A stretch of 64,000 nt of DNA from Cycas panzhihuaensis (Eukaryota > Plantae > Cycadophyta). How positions within the stretch are numbered: the first letter of the stretch is position 1; each line of letters starts with the position of its first letter. Where the stretch lies: positions 250,425,741 through 250,489,740 of the forward strand of contig CM041465.1 in assembly GCA_023213395.1 (NCBI GenBank), given 5' to 3'. The notes below the pieces were generated by a model, which ran no database searches, had not been told where the DNA came from, and saw only the letters and a program-made list of their open reading frames with translations. The position numbers and the translations under genes are program-made. This document shows, one piece after another, positions 14,850 to 27,409 of this stretch.

Positions 14850-17250
14850 TTCACCATGGCACCTCTCCACCCTCCATGTGCCATCCGCTACCCTTTGAAT
14901 GCTCGTCCACCTCATATCTTAGTGTCCATAGTTGTACTCAATGGGAGGTATGCTTGCGTTGAAGATTTGCTAAGTATTGCTTGTAAGAGACCCCTTCGTT
15001 ATTGCCCATCTTTGAATATGGATTCCCTTTATCTCAAGCAGAACAAGATAGGAGTCTTGGCAACCAATCCTTTTGTGTATTGATCATATTGCAAATTTCC
15101 AAAGCCAAGGCCAAGTCTAGCACATGGAGCGCATCAATTGCACTATATAATGTATTTCTACCATGGCAACATCACTGCACCATCAAAACCCTTGAATTTT
15201 GCCTAATAAACTTGCCCAACACTTGTTCCAAACCTGTAAAAAAATTATTTGCTATAATATTTCATGCAGTATTGCCACTGACCTCCATGTGGTCAGGGCT
15301 CAATATTTAATTACCATGTGCATTACTCATGCGATGTGCCCACTAATATGCATATAGGATAACACATCCAATTAAGTTTACTCAATAATGGCATTAATAA
15401 TCATTGTAGGAAATAAATGATATTTTTGTGGACTGACTATAATAGCTTACATGTTTAATATGTGCACACCATATGCATAAACAAATATCCACATATAAAT
15501 CAAACTCATCGAATATAATCAACAATCTTCAATTTTGGCTCATATTGACTCGTTCATTGATATCCATATGTCACGATTGCATCTTCTTATTAAATGCAAG
15601 CTAACCTTGGCTCTTCAAACTTCTCGCTCTAATTTATGTTGTAGGATCGATCATGTTATCCTACTTTGATACTATGTTGAAAATTAGCAGAACATATTTA
15701 ATATTATACTGAAAATGGCACTATTGAACATATGAATATACAATAAAACACATGTATAAGGTGATAAAAAATGTAAACAATAAATGAACAAATTAACTAA
15801 TAGAGTATGTGAAAACACATTAGACAATAAAGCTTGTCAAAAATGATCATCTCCAATTATTGCACTAAGTATGAATTTATACTTATAGCACAGCCACCTC
15901 ATGATTATCTAATCATATGAAAGAACCCCTATATCCACCAATAGGACAAATACATGAATAGGTGTGCATAACCTTGCACACAACTTAATAACTCAATTAA
16001 ATATTCCATAAGAGAGTTAAGGGGACACCTTAACATTAACATTATGTTTAACATATTTTTCAAATCATTTATTTGTTTAGTCATGAATACAAATCATTTA
16101 TTAATAATGACTATTTATCTGTTGTGTAGATGACAACAAATAATACATTTATTTGCAGATCTATTGGTATGATGGTTGAAGATGATTACCAATATGTCTT
16201 TTAGACCTCTTGCATTGTTCACAATTTGAATCTCATGTTGAACGAAATGGCAACAAATGAGATTTATCTATAGTTGGTGGTAATTAAAACAGTTTGTGAG
16301 TAAGCCAGGGAGATCCATGTTAAAGATGTTAATGTATTATTTTATTTTGTACTTGTACTTTATGTCATGTATTTGCTATTCTTGTACTCTAGGACATTGT
16401 ATTTATACTATAGCCATAGAAATAGTAAGCTCTACATGCTGGACACTAGTCTCACATACCAACCAATCTTCTTTGTATTTATGTACCTTACTTCTCCAAA
16501 ATATTCAATTCAATACAAGTCACTATTTTCACTAAAGGTATTGTGTTCTATTGTGCTCTTAGTGGTTGTCTCTAATTTTCTATATGGTATCAAAGCCTGC
16601 TAAAATCATCTTAGGACTAAAGTCAATACAGATTTCAAGTAGATTCAGGGGCTAGTCACTAAGTATTTTAAGACATACAGTGTATGCAGGTGATAGTATG
16701 TGTCATTGTCCTTGGCCACCTCCCATGCCCAAGGTCTCTATGCTTGTTATCGCTAGCATGGCTAAAGGATTAAGTGCAAAATCAAGTGCTTAAAATTTGT
16801 GTGTGTTGATTGTATGCCTAACCTCATCTAGTTCGTGAAAGCCAATGTAATTTGCAACAATTTGGCAATAACACCCTATCATGCTTAACAAAGTTCTCAC
16901 GTGGATTAAAGCCCTGCCATTAACACTCGACAATCATTGCTGACATGACCACGATACGGACGATTCTTAAGAAAGCTAACAATTGCTAATCTATCAAGGC
17001 GCCTACTGTGAATCATCTTATTTATTAGTCCATGAATCAAGTCGCTTGTCACAGAGCATCTCAATCGATAGTTCGTGAATGGCATGGCCATTTGTGAAGA
17101 AAATGTTGCATGTCGTGATTGACTCAACCACCATTTCATGAAAGAATTTACACAGAGAAGTCCTTGTGAAGTTTGCTCAGAGCCACGACACTTTCTATCT
17201 GTACTCTTAACAAAAGGGGGAAAAATCTTCAACAATCTAATCCTCATTCT
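14850..17250. mobile_element. Fragmented hAT-superfamily transposase remnants on both strands
   Basis: Plus strand ~16120-16260 reads VV*MTTNN..CRSIG..YVF*TSCIVHNLNLML, resembling the DUF659 VVQxxTDN..IFWTPCxxHxLNL motif. Minus strand ~16950-17100 MIHSRRLDRLA resembles the hAT C-terminal dimerisation region. Confidence 0.55.
15890..16060. repeat. Second copy of the LTR-like segment at ~13130-13303
   Basis: Shared aaatacatgaata..aacttaataac..cataagaga.ttaaggggacaccttaacattaacatta. Confidence 0.75.
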
Positions 17251-17649
17251 TTGTTAAATCACGACTTGGTTTCATAAGAGCTAGATCCTTAGCACGAGAT
17301 AGCCCAATAATGTTGACCCTCAAGAGACCTTGTCTCATTAAAAAGGGCACAAGAAGATCTTCCCAAGCAACCAATTCACAAAATTTTTTAGACTGCTTTG
17401 GAGATTTATTTTTTTCTATAGTTATATTCCTGTTAAGCATTTTTTCTAAGAATCTTCTTTAAAATTTTTGGGTTGTAATAAGAAAAAAGGAACACACACC
17501 CACACACAAATAATAATAATAATAATATATGTATTTTTTTTGTGGTATTTCAGGAAGAACCCAATTTTTTAACCTCTTGAAGTTTATCTTTTTTGTTATG
17601 TTAAACCTTCATTTGTAATATGGTTGCTATTTATTCTCTACCTAAATAA

Positions 17650-20430
17650 GAAAAGCTCAATGGTGAGAATTATAGCGCTTAGAAAATAAAAATGAACAAC
17701 ATAGTGATTACAAAGAATGTGTAGAAAACAATGGAAGGCATTACCAAAACTCCAAGTAACCCTAATGAGCTCATAGTGTATGAAGAGAAAGACAAAATTC
17801 AGTGGTTGCAATCACTCTTTTAGTTGTAGATCACCTACTCCCACACATCTCAAAGATAACAACTTCAAATAAAGCCTAGGGCATCATGAGAAAGAGACTA
17901 GAGAAACACTTATGAAAAGGGAGAACCTACCCCTGTAATTGCCCTTTCCACCAAAATTGCTTTATTAGATAACTAGTAAACTTAGGGGCATCCAAACATA
18001 TGACATCATAGAAAGACTAGTTTGAAAGTATGGAGGATCATCATGGAAGTAGTGCAATTGATCCAGGAAACAACACCACACACCTTGTAAGGGGAAGAGG
18101 AGTCATTCCTACAAAGATGAAAAATGGAAAAATTAAGGAAGTAGATGTCCTCTTTGTTCTCGATCTAAAGATAAATCTACTCTATATCTCCTAAATGACC
18201 AAGAAACAACTCAAAGTTAAGTTTGAAAGAGATGAATATTTGGTCAAAAACAAAAAACAAAGCCTTAAATCATTGCTAAAAGAAAAGAAGAAAATGGTCT
18301 TTATAGATTCACAACAACTCCTACTATACAAGCATGTGTTGCAAGCAATGAAAATCCTATGAACGAAATATAGCATTTGAGTATAGGCATTTGAGTTATT
18401 AAAGATTTATTTAGTTTAGTTGGAAAAAATTAACATAGTAAATAGTTAACCAAACATAGAAGAAAATGAAAGGATATGTGCTAGGGAAATAACACATGAA
18501 TCAATTCCCAAAAGGATTTTGGAGAGTGGTGAACAAACTAAAAATTGTTCACAATGATCTCTATGGACCCATGAAAACTACATCTCTTAGAGAAACAAAA
18601 TATTCAATTGCATTCATTGGTGATCTAATAAAGAACACTTGGCTATTCTTTCTTAAGAATAAATATCATATTTTTTCCATCTTTGAGGAATTTAAGGCGT
18701 CGGCCAAAACTGAAAGTGGCAAAAAGATCAAAATCCTCAAAATAAACAATAGAGTTGAATTTATATCCAATGACTTTTACAAATACTACAAGGTCTATGA
18801 AATAAAAAAACAATTGACAGTTGCCTACACTACTCAATTAAATGGAGCTGCTACACAAAAAAATAGAATTATTATAAAAATGGCTTGAAGTATGTTAAAA
18901 GCAAAAAGTGTATCAGCTGACCTCTAGGCCAAGGTTGTTAACACTATAGTCTACCTTATAAACAAAATCCTAACAAGAGCAGTCAAGAGAAAGCCTTCTG
19001 AAGAAGCTTGGCCCAATAGAAATCTTAAAGTTAGATATCTAAAAGTTTTTCAAAGCATCACTTTTGTCCAAATTCTAAAACTAAAAATGGAACAAACTTG
19101 ATGAGAAAATCATCAAATGCATCTTTGTAGGGTATAATGAAAAATCAAAAGCTTACAAATGCATCAAATTGAGAACAAAGGAAGTTATTATAAGTAGGGA
19201 TGTAATATTTGATGAAAATCCCATCAAACAAGGACATCCCTACAACCATTGGAAAATGAGTGCAGATGGAAGCTAGCAAAGAAAGAATATTTGAGAAAAA
19301 GGGCGCCTCTAACAATCATTATTAAAAGACAACACTAACTCCACCATAGAAAATAATTCCAAAGTGGTACCTAGCAAACCTTTGTGACTAAAGAATCAAT
19401 CTCTCAAACATTGAGGAAGAAAGGTAGACTACATCCTAAAACCATATAGGGAATCTAAGTGGCCTTAGTTGTGCCTTGAGCATAGACAAACCAATGATGA
19501 GATCTCTGCAATTCATTAGAACAACACATGGAAGCTTACTGAACTTCTTAAAGACAAACATACAATGGGATATAAATAATTGTTTAAAACCAGATATCGA
19601 TCAGATGGGACAATTAAAAAATACTGAGCTCAACTAGTAGCCAAATGGTTCACTCAACTAGATGGCATTGGCTATGAGGAGACCTTTGCTCTAGCAACAA
19701 AGTCGAACACTATATGAACCATCATTACACTAGTTATCCAACATAAATGAGGTATTTATTAGATGGATATCAAAAGTGCCTTCATAAATGGAGGCATAGA
19801 AGAAGAGATCTATATGGAACAACCCCTAAGATTCGTTAAGTAGGGAGAACATATTGTCTACAAGTTGAAGAAAGCATTGTATAGGCTAAAACAACCCCAA
19901 AATATGGTACAACAAGATCGTACTTAAATAAAATAATTTCCACATAAGCAACTTTGGCTCAAGTTGTTACATAAAGATTGGTGAAACCAACCTCATCACT
20001 ATCATAACTATGTATGTGGATGACCTATTGATCATAGGAAATGATGATATAAGCATTGAGCTCCTAAAAAAAAAAAGAAACTAATGAAAACATTTAAGAT
20101 GACAGATATTGGATTATGACACTATACTAAATATGCAAACGAACTCCTGATTAAATTCAAAATGGCTAACAACAAACCTACTGTAACCCCCATGGAAACA
20201 TGATGTAAATTTACTGCAAGAGATCAAAACCCTATGGTTGATAAAACTATGTATAGAAAACTAGGTAAAGTCTAATATAACTCAACTCCATCAATCTTAA
20301 TATCATGTATGCAACAAGCATGGTTTCCTAGTTCATGAGTAATCCTCAAGCAACACAATAGAAATCAATTAAGAGAATCCTACAATATAAATAAGGAATC
20401 ATAGACTTTGGTCTTGAATATATCCAGATG
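17650..20430 (+). mobile_element. Degenerate Ty1/Copia retrotransposon (gag-PR-INT-RT remnants)
   Basis: Integrase core in ORF 18496-18888 (VHNDLYGPM..TVAYTTQLNGAATQKNR). KCIFVGY ~19120. RT motifs LVAKWFTQLDGIGYEETFA, MDIKSAFING and MYVDDLLIIG. Confidence 0.9.
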
Positions 20431-21299
20431 TAGGACTTTTTTAAGGCTACAATGTTTTTGACTTAATGATTGTTTTGATATATAATGATACATTTGATGT
20501 ACATCATAAAAACTAAATTTGTAATTGAATCAGGTGTCATTTTGATATTTGAGTTAAATTCTTTATCAATTTTGCATTTTTTATTTCAAATGTACACATG
20601 CATATGTGCATGCATGCGTGTATTAAAATTGTACATACAGTTTTACATTTCTAAGTCTTTTTGAAACTAGAATCTTCACATTACCCCATTTCCATTTTCA
20701 TGTTTCAGACTATTCAAATATTTTATCTTTTATATAATAAGAGGATTCACCTCCTTAAATAGTGTATGAGAAGATTTTGCCTTGATAATTGTGTACTTTA
20801 TCACCTACCAAATATAGTATGTAAGAAGATTCTTTCCCAGTGATTGTGCACCATAACTTGAAACCTTAACCTTGAAATCTCTACCTTTGAATTTTAACTT
20901 TATAGTTGTTAACTTTGCAATTAAACTTCAAGCATAACCATGAGGCATTTGATTTAGAGAATTGATTTCTAAGTTAATTTAATGATTAATTTTAAACTTA
21001 TTTCTATTTGGCAACACGTATTATATGATATTACTTTATGAATATTAGAAATTTTATGCATCATTGGTAATATGCAATCAATGATAGTTGAGACATTCCA
21101 TAATCATTTTGATCTCCATTCATAATATGTAGATCTAGTGAGAGGGGCTACCTATGCCCATTAATTTGCATCTCTTACTTTAACATACAACATATTTATA
21201 ATAGGTTATATGAGTTAACAACAATTCCATTGTCTACTACTATTGAGGCAACAATAGTAAAGTTCAAGTCTCCTAAATATTATTTTGTATGTCAAAGGA

Positions 21300-22910
21300 A
21301 ATGCATGAATAAGTAAGGTTCTTGGCTACAATGGACATGGCTAAATCTTACTAAATATTGATAGACAAGGAGCCTTCCAAGGTCATAAAGAGAGCTTCCT
21401 AAACATAGCTGCAATGGACATGGCTCAATCTAACTAAATATCGATAGATAAGAGACCTTCTAAGGTTATAAAGAGAGCTTCCTAAACATAGACCTAAGTT
21501 CATAAGAGAATGGCCATTCCGATGAGTTGTAGAGAAGGTGGAACAATTGAAGTGACCCACTAGTAGTGGCAAGGTCAAGGGTAGATCCATTACCCAATGA
21601 AATGAAGCAACCATCAAAGCTATTATGGACCAAGGGGAGGCTACACCAATCTAACTAGACTATCAAAGCAAGAATACATTCTCCTCACTAAAAGAGACTA
21701 TCAATGTGACCCCCAAAATATGCCATTCAAATCATCCTAATAATACATTGGTAAACAATCTAATTATTACAAAGAGTAGTATAGACTTAGAAGAGGAAAT
21801 TAAAGAGGCAAGTTGGGGCAAAAAAGAGTATAAGATAGAGGACGGTGTCAAGGCATATATCTAAAACTTCCATTATCATCAATTTGTTGACACTCTACTA
21901 GAGGAGAATTCCTCAAAGCCAAACAATGCGTAGACATTGCTCATTCTTACATCTTTAGCCTATGCTCTCCCATGACAAAAGAACATTATCTTTCCTAGAA
22001 CACCATAAACAGTAAAATAGAAGAGAAGTTGTGTGAGAAAAAGGGTTTTATAAAAAGAAAAACATATAGATCAATAAAATGGGAAATAGTCACATTTATT
22101 TCATTAGCATTCATAACACGCACAAGTGTTGGTTCAATGGTTGTAATGATGTAGGAACTTGCGACAAAAGGTCATGGTCAAGGTAGACATGACTGACCAT
22201 GTTATAATACTAGAATAGTGCTTGACAATGGCAACACACATAAAACATCCCCATGAAGATGCATGTGTTACTTAGAGAATTTTGATACTAGAAGTAGATT
22301 GCCCTTACGAAAAAGGAAGACAATGGAAGTGTATGTGTAAGAAGTGTTGTCCAAGTGAACCTAACTTTAACGATTACCTATTAACAACAAAACAATAATA
22401 GCAAGAACTATAGTTCGTAACTAGTGGCATAACAATGGAGGCTACAATTCAACATGCCCAATAAAATAGGTCAATAAGCAACAAGCTCAAAATTAAGCAA
22501 ATGTACAAATGAAAAAATAAACTAACCTATGCAACCTAAAGTGAATAATACTTGAATGTTACTAGAAAATAAAATGGCATGGCATAAAAATCAAGCTATT
22601 AAGAAAGATTGCATATGAATTTAGAGGAACAATACAACTAGAGCAATATATGCTTAGTGAAATTAGGGCTATTCAACAAAATACCAATTATTAAGAAAGT
22701 ATAAGAGATAGTAATACATGTTAAACTAGTACCAAATGCAGATGCTTAAGATATTAATGAAAATGTAGCCGATTATTTTATTCAACCAAAGTGAATAGTG
22801 GTTCAGGCCTTAATGTCTTGCCATTAATTTCTTGAAAAGATACAAGATTTCCATCACTATACCAAACATATCTATAAAATTGGCTGACTAATTGAAGGTT
22901 CGCCTCATAT
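21300..22910 (+). mobile_element. Degenerate Gypsy gag-protease remnant with an internal ~83-bp tandem duplication (21325-21491)
   Basis: NSGSGLNVLP (~22795-22824) and KLAD*LKVR (~22877-22903) parallel the protease of elements B/C (DGGAVVNVLP..KLANELLVRP). Confidence 0.5.
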
Positions 22911-22967
22911 CGATAGCGTCATTAACTTCCTCTTAATGCTATCATACGAGGCGAACCTTCAATTAGT
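22887..22967. repeat. Near-perfect fold-back hairpin (~35-bp arms, 7-nt loop)
   Basis: actaattgaaggttcgcctc..gatagc..cattaa / cttcctc / ttaatgctatcatacgaggcgaaccttcaattagt. Confidence 0.9.
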
Positions 22968-25367
22968 GGGACCACGTTATTAAATTAAATTAATTTAAAG
23001 AAACCCACAGCTGCTATCATGCCATCTAAGGACAGCATGACGAGTGGGTGAAAACATTTCATTCCTTGTAACAATTACAAATTCAAAATGGATAATGGTC
23101 TGTAATCACAACGATTGGTGGGAAAATTGTTTTTAAGGATAACATATGTGCATGGTTCTTGTGTGCATTTTGAACAGAGCACGGTAGAATTAATCTCCCA
23201 ACTTCTATGGGTCGCTGAGGGAGACAGATGACACCATTGTTAGGACGGAATGGAAAGCCACTGGACCACGATGCATTCGATATAACTCTACCAGTATTTA
23301 TCTCTTCAAGTGCATTAAGCAAGGTCCTTCTAGTATAGGTTTGGAAGCGTTCCTTGTCAGAGCTTGCAGTTGAAGCCAGCGTAAAGGCCATCACACTTCG
23401 ATTTGAAGAACCAGTACAGAAATTAATTAATTACAGAAGAGCAAAAGTTACAGAAACAGCACGCAGAAGCAATGTCAGAGTGGTGAAACAGAGGTTCGTG
23501 CTGACACAGTAAGCTTGAAGTTATTGTTTGTCAAAAAATTATGATGGAAATTAGAAATCTAATCCCTACACTGAGCCTTCAGCAACAAAGCAAGACTTGA
23601 TTAACTGGCAAAAGAAGGATAAAATGGCTCTACCTCTAGAAATTTATAGGCAAAATTTGAATATGCTTGCTTATTAATGCATGATTATGTATAAAAAGTA
23701 GCACAATATGTTCACGAGGATTATGGGTAGAACACATTGATATGACACTAGGTTGTCATTAACAGGTAGTAGACATCCAACAGTAATGGAAAAGATTTGG
23801 CAGCACAAATACACGGGAGGTATTGAGTGTCTGCAACGATGGTGATGGAAAGGACTTGATAACTAGAGAAAGTGCAGGTGTTGTTGGTTTTGCTGCATGA
23901 GATTTTGTTAGGAGCCGACGGTCATCCCAGAGATAACCGGGGAAATTTTTTAAAATGTTTATAACCTCCTAAATTGTCAATTGATACTGATTCATTGCAT
24001 TCTGTTGATAACTGTATGAGCCACCACGAAGTGATTATGGGGCAAAGATATTAACGAGGTAACTCGGCAATATGTCCTTGATCTGGTGGAATTAATTTAT
24101 GGAAGCATTCTTAGGGATAGGCCTGCAAACTCTGCTGACGATGATTATCAAATTGAGCCATGAGATTAATGCTGGGGAAGTTATATTGTGAATACAGATG
24201 GAAATCTCTATGAAATAATCATTCCTACAAATACATCGTAGATATTTTGAACGTGAAAATTGTTCATCACTAAAATAGAGGGAGAATTACAATATTTGAA
24301 GTCTCCATTTTGTAGGAATATTGCCCATTTCTCAATTTAACCATTTTATTTTTTTTGTTGGGTGTGGAGGCTTGGTGGGGGCAGGGACGGGCAGTGGTGG
24401 TGTTTAGGGGGGGGAAACAAGAGAGAAGATGGCACAGATTTTTTTTTTGGCAATGAAAAATGCTCCCAGACACTTGAAAATGGCGTATACACTAAGCTGA
24501 GTTGATGTTAATGACCAGGGAATCCCTTTAAATGTTGTTAGATATCCCAAGAGACACAATGTGTATATTATGTCCAATTGGATTATCATTTTGTCATATA
24601 TTAATGTTCACGAGACAATAATGAGGAAAACATATGGCAATTTTGATTGCCAGGCATTTATATGTGATGATAGAATGGATTGTGGGGGTGAGATAAGTGG
24701 AGTATTATACATAGAGTATTGCTTTGGTATGTTTTGAGGGATGGGTCAAAGGAAGTCAATGCAATAGTATGAATTGTTGTCCACCTTTAGAATTTTGGGT
24801 GATAGTTCCGTCTTTTTATTTCTTTATTGACATATCATAAGTTTTGGGTGAGAGTTCAATTTTTTAATTTCTTTATTGTCATATCATAAGCTTTGCAGTC
24901 CATAAACTATCAAGAATAAGAACCTGGCAAATGTCATGGTTGGGTGTATGATGTTGGCTTGCTTAGAAACTTATGTCAAAGGAAAGTTACTTATTCAATG
25001 ATTATATGAATATGCCAGTAAGCCCACTAACAAGAGCCATGTTGACAACTTGATGAAATATTAGGTTGTCGATGCATCAAGCTTCACTTTCCATCAGTTG
25101 CACGCTTGGCCTCTCTAAGTTAATTATGTGGACTCTTAATTTAGAATGCAATGTTCTTTAATTATTTGCATTTAATGTATGAGTGTAATCAAATCATTAT
25201 AACTATCACGTTTAAATGATTAATAGATAGGTGGATTGGGTAGAGGGATTTATTTAAAAAAGAATGTTCAAAACCCATGAAGTTAATTTTATTCCATTAT
25301 TTGTCTTATTTATTATGTTGATATTAGTAAAGGAGGACATAAAGTTTCTCCAAAATTTTATACTGTT

Positions 25368-25546
25368 CTGCAGGTCAGGCCTTCTTTAAGGCACGTCGGT
25401 AAGTACTACCTTCTATATGTAAAGAATGTTCCAGGTTTGACCCCCAAGGGGATTTATAGGGGTGAACGGAATGAAAGGGTGACAAACCCCAACAAACCGA
25501 AAACTGATTCCCTCCTCAAGGCTCAACACCGTAAAAAAAAAAAAAA
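25368..25546 (+). mobile_element. tRNA-derived SINE (~179 bp) with poly(A) tail and 10-bp TSD
   Basis: TSD TTATACTGTT at 25358-25367 and 25547-25556. A-box-like TAAGGCACGTCGG, B-box-like CCAGGTTTGACCCC, and A14 tail at 25533-25546. Confidence 0.75.
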
Positions 25547-27166
25547 TTATACTGTTATGGTCAATCTATGATCACGTAGGCTTGGTTAGCAAATCCTTTT
25601 TAATAATAACCATTTAGCGATCAATGATTCACAGGTCCAATGGTTACAGAAATTGGATGCAAGGCACAAAAACTGGCAGGGCTTGTAATGACTTGTATTA
25701 AAGATAACAGAATCAAACAATTTAACGTAATGCAAATTTATAAATAAAACAAAAGTTATGATAATCAAAGCAACCAATTAGCATACATATATTTCATGTA
25801 CAACAATGAAATAAAGAAAATGCCAAAATGTGCAAATACCTCAGTTAGCCTTCCTATTTAACTTAAAACTGGACATATAACATAGACAAAGACTCCGTGG
25901 AGGGTGGAGAACTTTTTTTCAGTTCTGAAAATAAATGTAACAATGCAAAAATGTTAGGAAATAATTCCGCATTTTAATAACTAGTAATCTATATGGGTCT
26001 GAAAGCTAGAAAGAAAGCATATCATGAAAAACAAGAAAGAAAATAGGAATACAAAAAAGATTCATAAATAATACAATGAAAACAAAAGATGGTTCCCTAC
26101 TCAATCCTCCTCTTGAAAACAAGAATGATTCTGCAAGAAGCAAACGCAATTATCAAACATTCAACATACAAGATAAAAAGAACCTTATGTTCATCACCCA
26201 AGGATGTACTTTCCATCCCCTATGGTGATTTTTCAATTAGAAACCTGTACAATGCACTACATTACCCAAGAAAAATGACTGCCCAATTTGAAATATAAAT
26301 GGTTCTTCATAAGCACTTGACACAATTTCATGGGCCTAGAGTAAATCAAATAAAGTGAAATCACAAACCCAACTATTGGAGGGAATTATTAGTGAGGCTA
26401 ATTTATAAATTTGCTTAGAGCGGCATCTCTGTTCCATTGTCTTACATAGCAAGCATATTGTAGGAGTTATGTGGCATTAGCATGTAATGTAAATTTCAAG
26501 CAAGAAACCCACTAACCAACATTTGGTCACATCATTCAAGACCTATTACCAAAAGATCTAGAAATTCTACTTTCCAAACTTGTAGATAACCTGAAGAAAC
26601 TTTCTAAAGATGCAGGAGGAACATACACCTCTGAGTATCCTTTCAGCATTCTGCAAACTAGTCACACGAGATGTGGTGGAGCAGGGTGCAAATATCATTA
26701 AGTATATACCATCCAAAAAGAGCACTTAAACCATCAATGTAACCTTACTTTGCCTCTTCCCCCATGTGACATTTGAAAACTCCAATTGAGATAATTCATT
26801 GGACTATGGATCAGCAGAAGCTGAAATTAAGCAACAAGTGTTGTGGATGCAGATACACAAATTTATACATGCAAATTATAGGGATGTGAAGAACAGAACA
26901 ACGAAAACCTATAGAACAAGTTGATGGAAGCTCATAGACATCATTCAAATAGTTTTGTTGAACCATCAGTACAATATTCTTTTGCCCCATCTCCAGAAAG
27001 ATGTTCCCAACATAATTTTGCTTCGGAAGATTCATACTACTATTAATTCAGCACATAATGCTGATATTAGGCATTCAATAGTGGGTTCAAATATACACCT
27101 CCTTTTATGAACTTCCAGAAGAATTGTAAATACCACAATGAAATTCTATGATGCAAATGCTGCAAC

Positions 27167-27409
27167 TTATCTAACATGCCTCCTTTTTTTGAACCATTTG
27201 TTATGCATTTGACGCTTCTCCCTTTTCTTTGTTTGCTTATTAAATGATTGCCCAACTAAAGAAGGCTGATCTTTTAGGGCAAAACTCTTAGCTACATGAC
27301 CCAAATGAAGTTTTTTCACCTGAAAAATCCTTTTAAGATCACCTCGGTGGGCAGCATATGCACGTACAAAAGAACAGAATGCATCCTTTGCAAGCTGTTT
27401 CATGCTTCC
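27167..27409 (-). CDS. RH17: Terminal exon of DEAD-box ATP-dependent RNA helicase 17 (RH17/DBP7/DDX31-like; C-terminal extension)
   Basis: [53 protein letters not shown] plus a basic tail, matching the plant RH17 C-terminus. Acceptor ttttggtacAG at 27410-27411 (phase 0) and intact stop codon. Confidence 0.9.
   Translation of the reverse strand, partial: GSMKQLAKDAFCSFVRAYAAHRGDLKRIFQVKKLHLGHVAKSFALKDQPSLVGQSFNKQTKKREKRQMHNKWFKKRRHVR

Noticed and set aside
23540-24180. Box C/D snoRNA cluster
   Set aside because: Only partial TGATG/CTGA matches, without terminal stems or recognisable rRNA guide sequences.
24376-24415. G-quadruplex-capable G-runs
   Set aside because: One long loop, isolated, and no functional context visible.
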